Virus record (IMG/VR): IMGVR_UViG_3300033463_000038
Location: 1-64,000 of that record
Origin: a virus
Lineage: Duplodnaviria; Caudoviricetes
DNA: 64,000 nt
Direction: 5' to 3' (one strand)
A program made the translations under genes and the position numbers. The notes beneath the pieces were generated by a model, which worked only from the letters and a program-made list of their open reading frames with translations, was not told where the DNA came from and searched no databases. Shown one piece after another: positions 28,598 through 37,736 of this stretch. Each line of letters starts with the position of its first letter. The first letter of the stretch is position 1.

Positions 28598-28818
28598 TGG
28601 CTAAAGAGAAGGGAATCATTCTGAACGGAGTCGTTCTCGAAGCTCTCGGCGGAATTCGTTTCAAGTGTGCGCTAGAGAACGGACAAGAAGTGCTATGTAC
28701 TCTGTCCGGAAAGATGCACGGTAAAAACTTCATCAGGACCAACCCAGGAGACAAGGTGCAGATCGAAGTCTGTCCATACGATCTGACACGCGGACGAATC
28801 ATCTATCGCGAGAGATAG
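28597..28818 (+). CDS. infA: translation initiation factor IF-1
   Basis: MAKE..I...G.V.EAL...F...LENG..V....SGKM..NFIR..PGDKV..E..PYDLTRGRIIYR. Confidence 0.95.
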   Translation: MAKEKGIILNGVVLEALGGIRFKCALENGQEVLCTLSGKMHGKNFIRTNPGDKVQIEVCPYDLTRGRIIYRER

Positions 28819-28842
28819 ACTGATATATAGACAGATAAGGAG

Positions 28843-29400
28843 ATGTCCTTCATGAAGATCAACAATAGAGAGTTGAGACAGCGAATTCTCGACTATCAGG
28901 CTGGCGGTATCTCAACTAAAGCGTATGAGCAGCTGTGGGACGACTTGAGAGAGATTTGCGCTTATCAGATCAAGAAATCTAAGAACGACAAAGCATACTA
29001 CGACTTTATTCAGGACATGGTGATATACGTTCTCGAACACTATATTCAGAACTTCACTGTCTTGAACGACGAAGGAAAGGAAAACTCGGCTCTAGCGTTT
29101 ATGCTTCAATCGGCGTATTTCAGCAAGCTCGTTCTATGGAACAACAAGTACAAGCACGAGACTAACGAGTTCGCTACTATGAACACAGCGTCAGCAGACA
29201 GTGACGGAAACTCTACAGAGCTAGTCAACACTTGGTCTAACGAAGCTTACAGCGAGATGTGGACTCACGCTTGGGGCAAGTCGCTTCCAATCGATCCGAA
29301 CGCTAAGATAAAGAAGAAAAAGAAGAAGAAACAGAAAGATATCTACGACGAGAACGGTAAAGAAGTCGACGTAGAGATCGAGGTCGAAGAAGATGAGTAG
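28843..29400 (+). CDS. gp55: late-transcription sigma factor (gp55-like)
   Basis: INNREL, D.IQD....L..Y..NF, SALAF..Q pattern; TATAAATA promoters throughout. Confidence 0.65.
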   Translation: MSFMKINNRELRQRILDYQAGGISTKAYEQLWDDLREICAYQIKKSKNDKAYYDFIQDMVIYVLEHYIQNFTVLNDEGKENSALAFMLQSAYFSKLVLWNNKYKHETNEFATMNTASADSDGNSTELVNTWSNEAYSEMWTHAWGKSLPIDPNAKIKKKKKKKQKDIYDENGKEVDVEIEVEEDE

Positions 29401-30016
29401 TTATCTGAACACTATGGACAGTCTTTCTGGAATTCAAGCAGAGGACAGCATACTAGAATACCTCGCTAAGCGATTCAAGAAAGAGGGCAGAACATGGGTG
29501 TTGGTCCATTCTGTCTGTTCAGACGAGTTAAGATATCGTGCTAAGCTTCCTAACGTGATCACGTGGATAGAGAGCACTAAGAAGAACTCTCAACTCGGAG
29601 ACATACGAATCTTCCATGGAGATATTCACGGACGACCGTTAAGAGACAAGTGCGTATATGTCGACGTGAAATACTCTAAGAAGTGGGACTACGCGTCCGT
29701 AACGTTCAGAAGAACTGGAACTGACGCTAAGAGCGACGCTATGAGACATCTCTGTGGTTTCGTTGGATCTGGAATTTCTCCAGACGACTTCTGGTATCTC
29801 GCTCTCGGAAAGAAAGGAACCTATATCTTCACATTGAGAGACGTTCAGAACTTCATCAAGCATACTTCCGAAGAAGAGATGAACAAGATCTGTCATCTCG
29901 GCAACTTCAACGACCTAGACACTTGGTTCATGCCGTTCGACAGAATCGTGGACACCTGCATGTCGTATGATCTAGATACTTGGATCGAACAAGTCGTAGA
30001 GCCGAGGCTAGACTGA
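29393..30016 (+). CDS. putative PD-(D/E)xK nuclease-fold protein
   Basis: G..AE, GDI...VDVK. Confidence 0.4.
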   Translation: MSSYLNTMDSLSGIQAEDSILEYLAKRFKKEGRTWVLVHSVCSDELRYRAKLPNVITWIESTKKNSQLGDIRIFHGDIHGRPLRDKCVYVDVKYSKKWDYASVTFRRTGTDAKSDAMRHLCGFVGSGISPDDFWYLALGKKGTYIFTLRDVQNFIKHTSEEEMNKICHLGNFNDLDTWFMPFDRIVDTCMSYDLDTWIEQVVEPRLD

Positions 30017-30471
30017 TGGCAGTGACTCCTTCGAACGATATTCTCAACGGGTACTTCTACACGTTCATCTACAAGGCTAGAGACAACTCGCTCGAGGTTG
30101 ACGAGAGTCCATTGATTTTCTGCATAGGTCCGTCGTTGAAGAACGAGAACAACTTCATGGGGCTCAACTTGCATAAGCTCTCTGAGCAGATGAGAGAATC
30201 TCTAATTATGGGCATGCAGAAACGAAAAGGAATACTGAATAGCGTTTCTAGAGCCGTATTCAGCCCTATAGAGCTCAATTCAATCTTACCGGGATGTATA
30301 TCAGCTATACGTGAATACAGCCGCAAACGTGTCTTCTATGCGCAAAGAATCGACTCTACAGACATATATCTGTACATCTACGGAGATGGAAAAGAACGTG
30401 TTGACCGAAATGCTCCAAAATACCAGAGAATCTCTGAAAAATGGAAGGGTCTTATAAATAATAAGCTATGA
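30016..30471 (+). CDS. gp2: DNA end protector protein
   Basis: GYFYTFIY.A....D..PLI......FMGLNLH.L; TGATG-coupled start. Confidence 0.75.
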   Translation: MAVTPSNDILNGYFYTFIYKARDNSLEVDESPLIFCIGPSLKNENNFMGLNLHKLSEQMRESLIMGMQKRKGILNSVSRAVFSPIELNSILPGCISAIREYSRKRVFYAQRIDSTDIYLYIYGDGKERVDRNAPKYQRISEKWKGLINNKL

Positions 30472-30959
30472 TTAGAAAGATTGCAATCGACATGGACGGC
30501 GTAGTCGTCGACTTCCTCAAAGGCGCATACAACGCTGGTATCTTCAATCCTGAGACTGGCGAGATGGACGAGCAGAAGCTAGTCGAAGCCGATGAACAGT
30601 TCTGGGCTAATCTTCCAGTACTGACAGAGGGTCTATGGCTATACTCTCGTCTCTACGCTTTCTCTAAGAAGAACGACTTGACATTGTACGTGCTGTCTCA
30701 CGCTATCAACGAGGCAGCTAAAGCCGGAAAGCGAGAATGGATCCAGAAGAATCTCCACACGAATCCAATGGAGATCGTTCTCGTCGCTAAGAGGTCTGAC
30801 AAGAAGGATTTCGCTGATCCTGAGACGCTTTTGATCGACGACTATCCTAAGACTTGTGAAGAGTTTGTCGCTAACAAGGGTCACGCCATCGTATTCCATC
30901 GAAATGACTTCAAGAAGACGTTGGAAGACTTGAGGGTCTATCTGAATGAAATTAAGTGA
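30468..30959 (+). CDS. HAD-family 5'(3')-deoxyribonucleotidase
   Basis: IDMDGV, FW.NLP, K..W, LIDD. Confidence 0.85.
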   Translation: MIRKIAIDMDGVVVDFLKGAYNAGIFNPETGEMDEQKLVEADEQFWANLPVLTEGLWLYSRLYAFSKKNDLTLYVLSHAINEAAKAGKREWIQKNLHTNPMEIVLVAKRSDKKDFADPETLLIDDYPKTCEEFVANKGHAIVFHRNDFKKTLEDLRVYLNEIK

Positions 30960-31347
30960 TTATGTCAGATCGTTACAGGAATCAGTTGAAGAGACAAGCG
31001 TCTCTTTGACTAAGTCTAGTGATGGAAATCTTCAAACCGAGATTGATGAGTTGATCGAAAAGTCCGAGAACAAATGGATCGGAAAACGTCTCTCCGACAA
31101 CTCGATATATCTCTTCAACAACAAGCACTACATCAACATCACGAATCTCAGAAACGAGATCGCACAGCTGTACGCTACAAAGGGCTTCACCGGATCTGGA
31201 TTCGACAGACTCACAGAAGAAGAGCTATGTGTCTACAAGACGGTCAAGGAAATCTTCATTCAGCTGATCGCTCAGTCTCTCGGCCCAGAGCTGAGTCCTA
31301 AAGAGACGGCGCAGTCTCTGTTCGACCGTGAGATCTTCTACGCTTAA
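30946..31347 (+). CDS. hypothetical protein
   Basis: ORF track, GAGG SD. Confidence 0.7.
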   Translation: MKLSDYVRSLQESVEETSVSLTKSSDGNLQTEIDELIEKSENKWIGKRLSDNSIYLFNNKHYINITNLRNEIAQLYATKGFTGSGFDRLTEEELCVYKTVKEIFIQLIAQSLGPELSPKETAQSLFDREIFYA

Positions 31348-31436
31348 TTTTTGTTGTGCAACCCACTAGCTGCTGGAATTTTGTTCCAGCAGCATTTTTG
31401 TAAATTGTCATAGAATATTAAAGAGGAAAACTCAAT

Positions 31437-31904
31437 ATGAACGTAACTATCGACAACGCTACACTCGAAGGCTACAAGGCCTTCACGAAGAAGGAAGATC
31501 TGATCGTCTACTCTCAGATCGTTATCAAGACTAACGAAGAGGGTCCTATCGAGCTTCTCCGCTACTTCAAGAACAACACAGACAGAGCTGATCTCGAAAA
31601 GATCGCTGACTCCGACAGCTGGAAGAACTACACGCTCGACATGCACGACGAGATCGATCTCGAATTCGGCGAAGCTAAGATCGAGTGCAAGGTCACCGAA
31701 GTAGCTGTGAAGCGCAACCTCAAGAAGCAGAAGTCCGTCTACAAGATCACTTTCGAGACAGACATGGATCCCGAACAAGTTTCCAAGATGGTCATCCCGT
31801 ACTTCCACGCTCGTGTCGAAGACGATGAGCCAGAGAAGCCAGGCAAGATGCCGAAGGGTCCGAAGTACAAGAAGCAGATGTTCCTTGCGACACTCAGCAA
31901 CTAA
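31437..31904 (+). CDS. hypothetical protein
   Basis: GAGG SD, biased codons. Confidence 0.75.
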   Translation: MNVTIDNATLEGYKAFTKKEDLIVYSQIVIKTNEEGPIELLRYFKNNTDRADLEKIADSDSWKNYTLDMHDEIDLEFGEAKIECKVTEVAVKRNLKKQKSVYKITFETDMDPEQVSKMVIPYFHARVEDDEPEKPGKMPKGPKYKKQMFLATLSN

Positions 31905-31913
31905 GGAGCAGTC

Positions 31914-32132
31914 ATGACAGTAAAGATGTACACAACCCACTGCCCTAAGTGCGACGTCATGGAGAGAAAGCTGAACGAAGCGAACATCCAGTTCGAAGCT
32001 ATCGACGACATGGCTAAAGTGCTGGAGGTCGCTAAGTCTGGTGGATTCTCTATGGCTCCTATCCTTGAAGTCGACGGCAAAGCTATGGACTTCAAAGACG
32101 GAATCGAGTGGATCAGGAAGAACGCTGAGTAG
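31914..32132 (+). CDS. nrdH: NrdH/glutaredoxin-like redoxin
   Basis: YTTHCPKC, APIL.VDG; upstream of nrdD. Confidence 0.85.
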   Translation: MTVKMYTTHCPKCDVMERKLNEANIQFEAIDDMAKVLEVAKSGGFSMAPILEVDGKAMDFKDGIEWIRKNAE

Positions 32133-32212
32133 CTCGGAAAAGGTCAATTTTAGAAGATCCGACTCCTATATATAATTGACACAACCGCTACAAACTGCAG
32201 AGGAAAGGTTCT

Positions 32213-32296
32213 ATGTTAGAAGCTAATGATGATGTTCTCGGCTTAAATTGGAAATATAAGAAGATTTTCTCAGCAGATTCTCCCGAAAAAGACTAG
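32213..32296 (+). CDS. 27-aa upstream ORF in nrdD leader
   Basis: GAGGAAAGG SD; MLEANDDVLGLNWKYKKIFSADSPEKD; promoter-like TTTAGA..TATAAT at 32149-32176. Confidence 0.4.
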   Translation: MLEANDDVLGLNWKYKKIFSADSPEKD

Positions 32297-32380
32297 AAAT
32301 TGACAAGCGAGACGCTATGACGGCGCTCGCCCTGTCAATGTTGTAGCTTCACTAAATTTTACGAACGTAAAGGAATTCAA

Positions 32381-34378
32381 ATGGCAGTCAACAATTCAGT
32401 ATTCAACATTCCCCTAAAGGTCAACAAGGACTTCAGCAAGGCTCTAAACAATCTCGAAGAAGCATACGGCGAAGATTTTGAGATTCTCAACGGTTTTGCA
32501 GAGAAGAACTTGAATTTCTCTGACTTCATCGACGCATTCACAGCGAAGAACTCGGTAACTGCAGACGTTACGATCGACGCTAACGCAAACGCTTCGACTA
32601 AGGACATCAGAGCGCTTCTGAACGAGAAGGATAAGCCTCTCGACAAGATTTTCGCATTCAACAAGCTGTTCCTAGAGCTCAAGCAGAAGTACGGCCTCAA
32701 GACCGCTAGAGAATGGCTCAATCAAGAGTACAGCGGCGGCTTCTATCTGCACGACGCATGCACTTCGACTTACATGGGCTACTGCTTCGCTTACGATCTC
32801 ACTCGTCTCGCTAAAGAGGGTCTATTCTTCCTGAAGAACTACAACAACGTTCCTCCTAAGCACCTCACGACGTTCCTAGACGACGTGATCGAGTTCGTAT
32901 CCTTCATGAGCAATCGCAGCTCTGGCGCTGTCGGTCTACCTAACGTGCTACTGTGGACCTATTATTTTTGGCGCAAAGACGTGCAGCAGGGCTTCTTTAC
33001 CAAGGACCCGGACAGTTACCTAAGACAGAGCTTCCAAAAGCTCATATACCGCCTGAATCAGCCCTTTATGCGCATCGACCAGACTGCATTCGTTAACGTG
33101 TCTATCTTCGACCACAACTACTGCGAAGCTCTGTTCGGTGGCGTAACATTCCCCGACGGCACTATGTTCATCGACTGTGTTGAAGAGTTCATCGAACATC
33201 AGAAGATCTTCATGGAAGTAGTATCGCAGATCAGAAGCGAGAACATGTTTACGTTCCCTGTTCTGACCATGTCTCTCCAGTACAAGGACGGCAAGTTCGT
33301 CGATGAAGAGTTCGCTCGCTGGTGCTCCGATCACAACACCCAGTGGAACGATTCTAACTTCTTCGTCTCTGAAGACATCAACAGCCTCTCCAACTGCTGT
33401 CGTTTGAGAAGTGACTTGAACGGACTGAAGAAAGACGGCGAGAAGCTCACTGGCTTCTCTAACTCTGTCGGAGGTACAGCTCTCCAGATTGGATCGATCA
33501 AGGTCAACACGATCAACCTCGTTCGTATCGCTATCGAAGCTATGGCTAACAAGCCGAAGGGAGAAGCTAAGATATCTTCGATCAACACATATCTCAAGCT
33601 GCTGAGAAAGAGAACTGAGCTCTGCTGCAAGCTTCTAGACGTACAGCGTGACATCATCCAGAAGAACGTCGAACGCGGTCTTCTTCCGAACTACTGCGAT
33701 GGAGGTATCGACATCACTCATCAGTACAGCACAGTCGGCATCCTTGGTCTGTACGAGACAATCAAGGAGTTCGGATTCGTAAAGATAGACGAATTCGGAA
33801 ATCACAGCTACACTGAAGAAGGTATCGAGCTCGCTAAGAAGATCTTCGAAGTCATCAACGACGTCAAGGACAACTTCACCGACCGATACAGCTTCAACAT
33901 CGAGTCTGTTCCTGCTGAACGTGCTGCAGTGATTCTCTGCCAGAAGGACAATCTGCTCTATGACCGAAACGACGACTTCATCTACTCTAACCAGTGGATT
34001 CCGTTGAAAGAGAAGTGCACGATTCAAGAGAAAGTCCGTCTCTCTGGCATTCTAGATGATCTCTGCTCTGGTGGTGCTATCGCTCACATCAACATCGAGA
34101 GCAACTTCCCGTCTAAGGACGTCGCTTGGGATATGCTGAACCGCATCGCTGAAAAGAAGGTCATATATTTTGCCTTCAACAACAAAGTGAACGTCTGCAA
34201 GAACCATCATGGATTCGTAGGTCGAGACACTTGTCCAGTCTGTGGTGAGCCAGTCTATGACCAGTTTACGAGAATCGTCGGCTTCCTTACGCCAACAAAA
34301 TCATACAGCAAGGATCGAAAGAAGGAATTCGACGCTCGAAAGTGGTACGACTACGCTACACAACTGAAAGATCTCTAA
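32381..34378 (+). CDS. nrdD: anaerobic (class III) ribonucleotide reductase
   Basis: YLHD, YC, FTFPV, SNCCRL, TINL.R, PAE, SGG.I, C..H...CPVCG, TRIVGF glycyl-radical motif. Confidence 0.95.
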   Translation: MAVNNSVFNIPLKVNKDFSKALNNLEEAYGEDFEILNGFAEKNLNFSDFIDAFTAKNSVTADVTIDANANASTKDIRALLNEKDKPLDKIFAFNKLFLELKQKYGLKTAREWLNQEYSGGFYLHDACTSTYMGYCFAYDLTRLAKEGLFFLKNYNNVPPKHLTTFLDDVIEFVSFMSNRSSGAVGLPNVLLWTYYFWRKDVQQGFFTKDPDSYLRQSFQKLIYRLNQPFMRIDQTAFVNVSIFDHNYCEALFGGVTFPDGTMFIDCVEEFIEHQKIFMEVVSQIRSENMFTFPVLTMSLQYKDGKFVDEEFARWCSDHNTQWNDSNFFVSEDINSLSNCCRLRSDLNGLKKDGEKLTGFSNSVGGTALQIGSIKVNTINLVRIAIEAMANKPKGEAKISSINTYLKLLRKRTELCCKLLDVQRDIIQKNVERGLLPNYCDGGIDITHQYSTVGILGLYETIKEFGFVKIDEFGNHSYTEEGIELAKKIFEVINDVKDNFTDRYSFNIESVPAERAAVILCQKDNLLYDRNDDFIYSNQWIPLKEKCTIQEKVRLSGILDDLCSGGAIAHINIESNFPSKDVAWDMLNRIAEKKVIYFAFNNKVNVCKNHHGFVGRDTCPVCGEPVYDQFTRIVGFLTPTKSYSKDRKKEFDARKWYDYATQLKDL

Positions 34379-34394
34379 AATATCTTGACTGCAC

Positions 34395-34438
34395 AAACAG
34401 AAAGAGAGGAAGACTTACATCTTCCTCTCTTTCTGTTT
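34395..34438. terminator. 19-bp hairpin terminator after nrdD
   Basis: AAACAGAAAGAGAGGAAGA-cttaca-TCTTCCTCTCTTTCTGTTT. Confidence 0.85.
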
Positions 34439-34440
34439 AT

Positions 34441-34498
34441 AGAAAAGAGGTCCCGTCTCCTAAAGACAAGGACCAGTTGAATAGAAGGAGACGGGACC
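34441..34498 (-). terminator. terminator of the MoxR gene with 24-nt loop
   Basis: 13-bp stem GGTCCCGTCTCCT/AGGAGACGGGACC followed on minus strand by TCTTTTCT. Confidence 0.75.
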
Positions 34499-34504
34499 GA
34501 AAGG

Positions 34505-35617
34505 TTATGCGACCTTGGAAGCGATCGTTTCCTCGTAGAAGGCCTGCAGAGAGTCGTCGGAGATCTGGAAGACCCAGTCTTCGCCGCTGATCATGTCCTG
34601 GTATACGAGGTTGTTGATGATAGCGACCTGAGATTCCTTGCTCATGCCTTCGCGGATGAAGCTGCCGAAGTTCTTCTTCCACTTGGCCGGAATGTCCTTC
34701 TTGTAGGACTGAACGAAGATCTTGATGTCGTTGGCGAGCTTGGTAGCCGTAGCCACGTCGAACTTCTCATCGTCGTTCGGCTTGACAGACGACCAGTCGC
34801 GGAGGATCTCTTCTGCGCCAACGGCAGAGGAAGCGTTCATGTAGAACGGAGCGAACTTGATAGCGATAGTGCTACCGATGTAGCCAGAACCGCCGAGGAT
34901 GACGAATTCGCGAGTGAGCTTCTTGACGCCCTTGACCTTCTCAGCGTTGTAGAGGAAGTCAGAGTAGTCGAACCAAGAACGGCGAGACGGAAGGACGGTG
35001 AGATCCTGACCATCCGTGTCGGCTCCAACGTTCATTGCCTTAGCGTTGCTGAACGGATCGAGATCGGACTTGTTCTTGTTGAGGTATTCCAGAATAGCCG
35101 GGTGGATCTTGCATTCCTTAGCGTGAGTGTACCATTCTTCGAAGGTCGGTTCGAGCCAGTAAGAAGCGTAGCGGGACAGCTGAGCCGGGTCAGGAATTTC
35201 GCCTTCGTAGCCGTGGAATCCCGGAGGGTTAGCAGCAGCGAAGACGCGAGATCCCGGAGCGAGTTTCTTGTCAGCGATAGTCTGGTCGAGGCAGAGGCTC
35301 ATGAGAGCGTTGCGGACGTCCGGGTTAGCACGGAAGACTTCGTCGAAGAAGAGCAGAACCGGAGTGTCCGGTTCATACCAGTAAGTCGGGTTGAAGACGG
35401 TCTTGCCATTGACGATGGACGGAAGACCGAGAATGTCGCCCACGTCGTTGAGGTGAGTGCAGTCGAAGCAGATGACCTTCAGGCCGAGCTTCTCGCCGAT
35501 CTGGCGGATAACCTGTGTTTTACCAATACCAAACTCACCCACGGCGAGCATAGCCTTGCGGGCGGGAGTGCAGATGGCGAGATCGATGAATTCTTTGACA
35601 GTTACTTTAGAGAGCAT
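34505..35617 (-). CDS. MoxR-like AAA+ ATPase
   Basis: GEFGIGKT, FFDEVFRA, AAANP, DPA..SRY, PSRRSW. Confidence 0.88.
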   Translation of the reverse strand: MLSKVTVKEFIDLAICTPARKAMLAVGEFGIGKTQVIRQIGEKLGLKVICFDCTHLNDVGDILGLPSIVNGKTVFNPTYWYEPDTPVLLFFDEVFRANPDVRNALMSLCLDQTIADKKLAPGSRVFAAANPPGFHGYEGEIPDPAQLSRYASYWLEPTFEEWYTHAKECKIHPAILEYLNKNKSDLDPFSNAKAMNVGADTDGQDLTVLPSRRSWFDYSDFLYNAEKVKGVKKLTREFVILGGSGYIGSTIAIKFAPFYMNASSAVGAEEILRDWSSVKPNDDEKFDVATATKLANDIKIFVQSYKKDIPAKWKKNFGSFIREGMSKESQVAIINNLVYQDMISGEDWVFQISDDSLQAFYEETIASKVA

Positions 35618-35663
35618 AGTTATGGTCCTTGTTGAAGTTAGCTCTTTAGTTATTTACATAGTA

Positions 35664-35692
35664 AATATAAGAAAATCCAGAGAAACTCTAAA
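35664..35692 (-). promoter_or_regulatory. early promoter
   Basis: ggggTTTAGA-N17-TATATT. Confidence 0.8.
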
Positions 35693-35725
35693 CCCCAAAT
35701 CAAGATTTTTCTGATTTTTTTGAAT

Positions 35726-35953
35726 TTATTCCTTGTCTACACGGCTGAAGATGAGCAGCAGATCGGCAAAGTCCTTCTTGAACTGATCGATACCGATTCC
35801 GTACTTTTCGAGTACTGCATGACAGTTGAACCCGTACTTGTTGCTGTCAGGATAGTAGATCATAGCATTTTCGATCTCCTTATAAGCGATGAGATCGTGA
35901 TATTTCCATTCGACAAATTGATGGATAAAGTTAGCGATTTCTCTCTTGTTCAT
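35726..35953 (-). CDS. hypothetical protein (start reassigned to MNKREIANF)
   Basis: GAAGG SD after vWA stop; AT-richer than neighbours. Confidence 0.65.
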   Translation of the reverse strand: MNKREIANFIHQFVEWKYHDLIAYKEIENAMIYYPDSNKYGFNCHAVLEKYGIGIDQFKKDFADLLLIFSRVDKE

Positions 35954-35964
35954 GTTTAACCTTC

Positions 35965-37584
35965 TTAGTCGTCGAAGATGTGAGTGAGCTGCTGGATGGA
36001 AGCGTGATGCTTGACGAAATTCGGCACGGTGTATTCCTTTTCGGAAGAGATCACGAAGATGTGCTGACCGAGGTTGTTTTCCGTCCATTCCCAGTAGCAG
36101 TCGGTGAAGATGACGACGCCGTCGTAGTGAGCGTTGTGAGCCTTGAGCCATTCGCCGATGCAGTGCGGATCAGTGCCGCCACGACCAGGAGCCGTAACCT
36201 TCTGGAAATTCTTAGTCAGCTTCTGCGGCTTGACCATCTGTGCGTCCCAGAATGCGAGATCGATTTCGGTCTTCTTGTAGAAGTTGTGCAGAATCTCGCA
36301 GCCCTTGCGGATGTCGGAGTCAGACATAGAGCCGCTAGAGTCGATGGCGAAGAGCATCTTGGTCTTGCGGTCGGTGCGGTAGCCAGGAAGATATTCGTAG
36401 CGCTTGTTGACGCGGAGACGTGTAGAGACACGCTTGCGGCAGCGGACAGAAGCGCCGAAGCCAGCGATGATGGGAGTGATGTTGACCTTGCGCTTGTTCT
36501 TGAGCATGATCTCTTCCACAGCATCGCCGCTCAGCTTGCCCCAGCCAGTGACCTTGCACTTATTCTCGATCACGTCGCGGATCATTTCGTCTACGATGTT
36601 GTTTGCGCCCCATTCTTCCGTGTTTTGGTCGCCGTTTTGGTTCCATTCGTCGAAGGCGTCTTTTTTCGGGTTTTGCTTTTTTGACTTTCCCTTGCCATCG
36701 CGTCCAGCAGAGCTAGGATTGCTTCCAGTTCCTCGACCCTCTCCAGAGCCCTGATCCCCAGCAGAGTCACCCGCCTCATCAGATTCTGAACCGGTTTCGG
36801 AGCCGTCTTGATCATCTGAAGTTCCTTGTCCGTTGGACCCATCTTCGCCAGTTCCTCGAGAGGAAGACTGAGAAGATCCGTCTTGTCCTTCTTGACCGTC
36901 TTGGTCTTGGTCGCTTTCGGAATCTTCGCCGTCTTGGCCTTCGTCGCCTTGATTGCTGGAGCTGGTTTCGTCGTTCTGGTCTTGATCATCTTGATCTCCT
37001 TCGCCGTCCTGAGAGGACGACTGCTGTTGTTGTTGCTTGCCCTGACCGTTCTGCTGGTCCTGGTCATGCTGTTGTTGCTGTTGCTGTTGTTCCTGATGCT
37101 GATTGAGCAGCTGGAAGACAGATTCGTAGTAATAGTCGTTTTCTGCGATCTTCTGGTTGATTTCATCTTCGATGAGCTTCTTGGACCAGACAGATTCGCG
37201 GACGTATTTAGCGATCTCTTCGGGTGCAGAAGCGAGGAAGATCTGAAGTTCCTTGCTGTTGCAAGTCGCAGTGGAAGCCTTGAAAGCGTTTGCGCCAGTG
37301 AGTTTACGGTGCGTGCAGTGATGATGGATGAAGCGGTACAGCTCGATAGAGAGAATGAAGACGAAGACAGCTCGGTCGCAGCTGCAGACCCAAGACTCGT
37401 TGTATTCGAGAACCGGAGTAACGTCAGTCTTGACGCAGATGCGGATAGTGTCGATGTCGTTGTTTACGCGCTTCGTGAAGAGAGCGTAGAAAGAGAGGAG
37501 GTTAGGAATATAGAGGCCGAAGTAGTCCACCGCGTTGGTGAACTGGAGCTCGATAGCCTTGTCTGAAACTTCTACGTTGGTCAT
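35965..37584 (-). CDS. DUF2201-type peptidase-like/vWA protein
   Basis: IDSSGSM (MIDAS), GRGGT, FTD; long Q/D/G/S linker; N-terminal HExxH position reads IELYR. Confidence 0.85.
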   Translation of the reverse strand: MTNVEVSDKAIELQFTNAVDYFGLYIPNLLSFYALFTKRVNNDIDTIRICVKTDVTPVLEYNESWVCSCDRAVFVFILSIELYRFIHHHCTHRKLTGANAFKASTATCNSKELQIFLASAPEEIAKYVRESVWSKKLIEDEINQKIAENDYYYESVFQLLNQHQEQQQQQQQHDQDQQNGQGKQQQQQSSSQDGEGDQDDQDQNDETSSSNQGDEGQDGEDSESDQDQDGQEGQDGSSQSSSRGTGEDGSNGQGTSDDQDGSETGSESDEAGDSAGDQGSGEGRGTGSNPSSAGRDGKGKSKKQNPKKDAFDEWNQNGDQNTEEWGANNIVDEMIRDVIENKCKVTGWGKLSGDAVEEIMLKNKRKVNITPIIAGFGASVRCRKRVSTRLRVNKRYEYLPGYRTDRKTKMLFAIDSSGSMSDSDIRKGCEILHNFYKKTEIDLAFWDAQMVKPQKLTKNFQKVTAPGRGGTDPHCIGEWLKAHNAHYDGVVIFTDCYWEWTENNLGQHIFVISSEKEYTVPNFVKHHASIQQLTHIFDD

Positions 37585-37615
37585 TTTAGTGGTCCTTGTT
37601 TGTTTCTACATGTAT

Positions 37616-37644
37616 AATATAGGTAAATCCAAGAGAAATCTAAA
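37616..37644 (-). promoter_or_regulatory. early promoter
   Basis: ggggTTTAGA-N17-TATATT. Confidence 0.8.
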
Positions 37645-37676
37645 CCCCAAAATCAAGATTTTTCTTAATTTTTATA

Positions 37677-37705
37677 TTTAGATTTCTCCGAAAAATTCCT
37701 ATATT
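37677..37705 (+). promoter_or_regulatory. early promoter (divergent partner)
   Basis: TTTAGA-N17-TATATT. Confidence 0.75.
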
Positions 37706-37736
37706 ATTACTGTAAAACCGTCAACAAGGACCAATT

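Noticed and set aside
32213-32347. tmRNA-like gene, suggested by ANDD in the nrdD leader ORF
   Set aside because: No tRNA-like ends (GGGG/CCA, T-arm), no ALAA-type tag terminus, and too short
32149-32380. Cobalamin riboswitch upstream of nrdD
   Set aside because: B12-box and conserved GGGAA/GCCACTG elements are not present
37021-37100. CAG/CAA repeat tract as a phase-variable locus
   Set aside because: In-frame mixed codons encoding a poly-Gln linker; length change would not shift the frame
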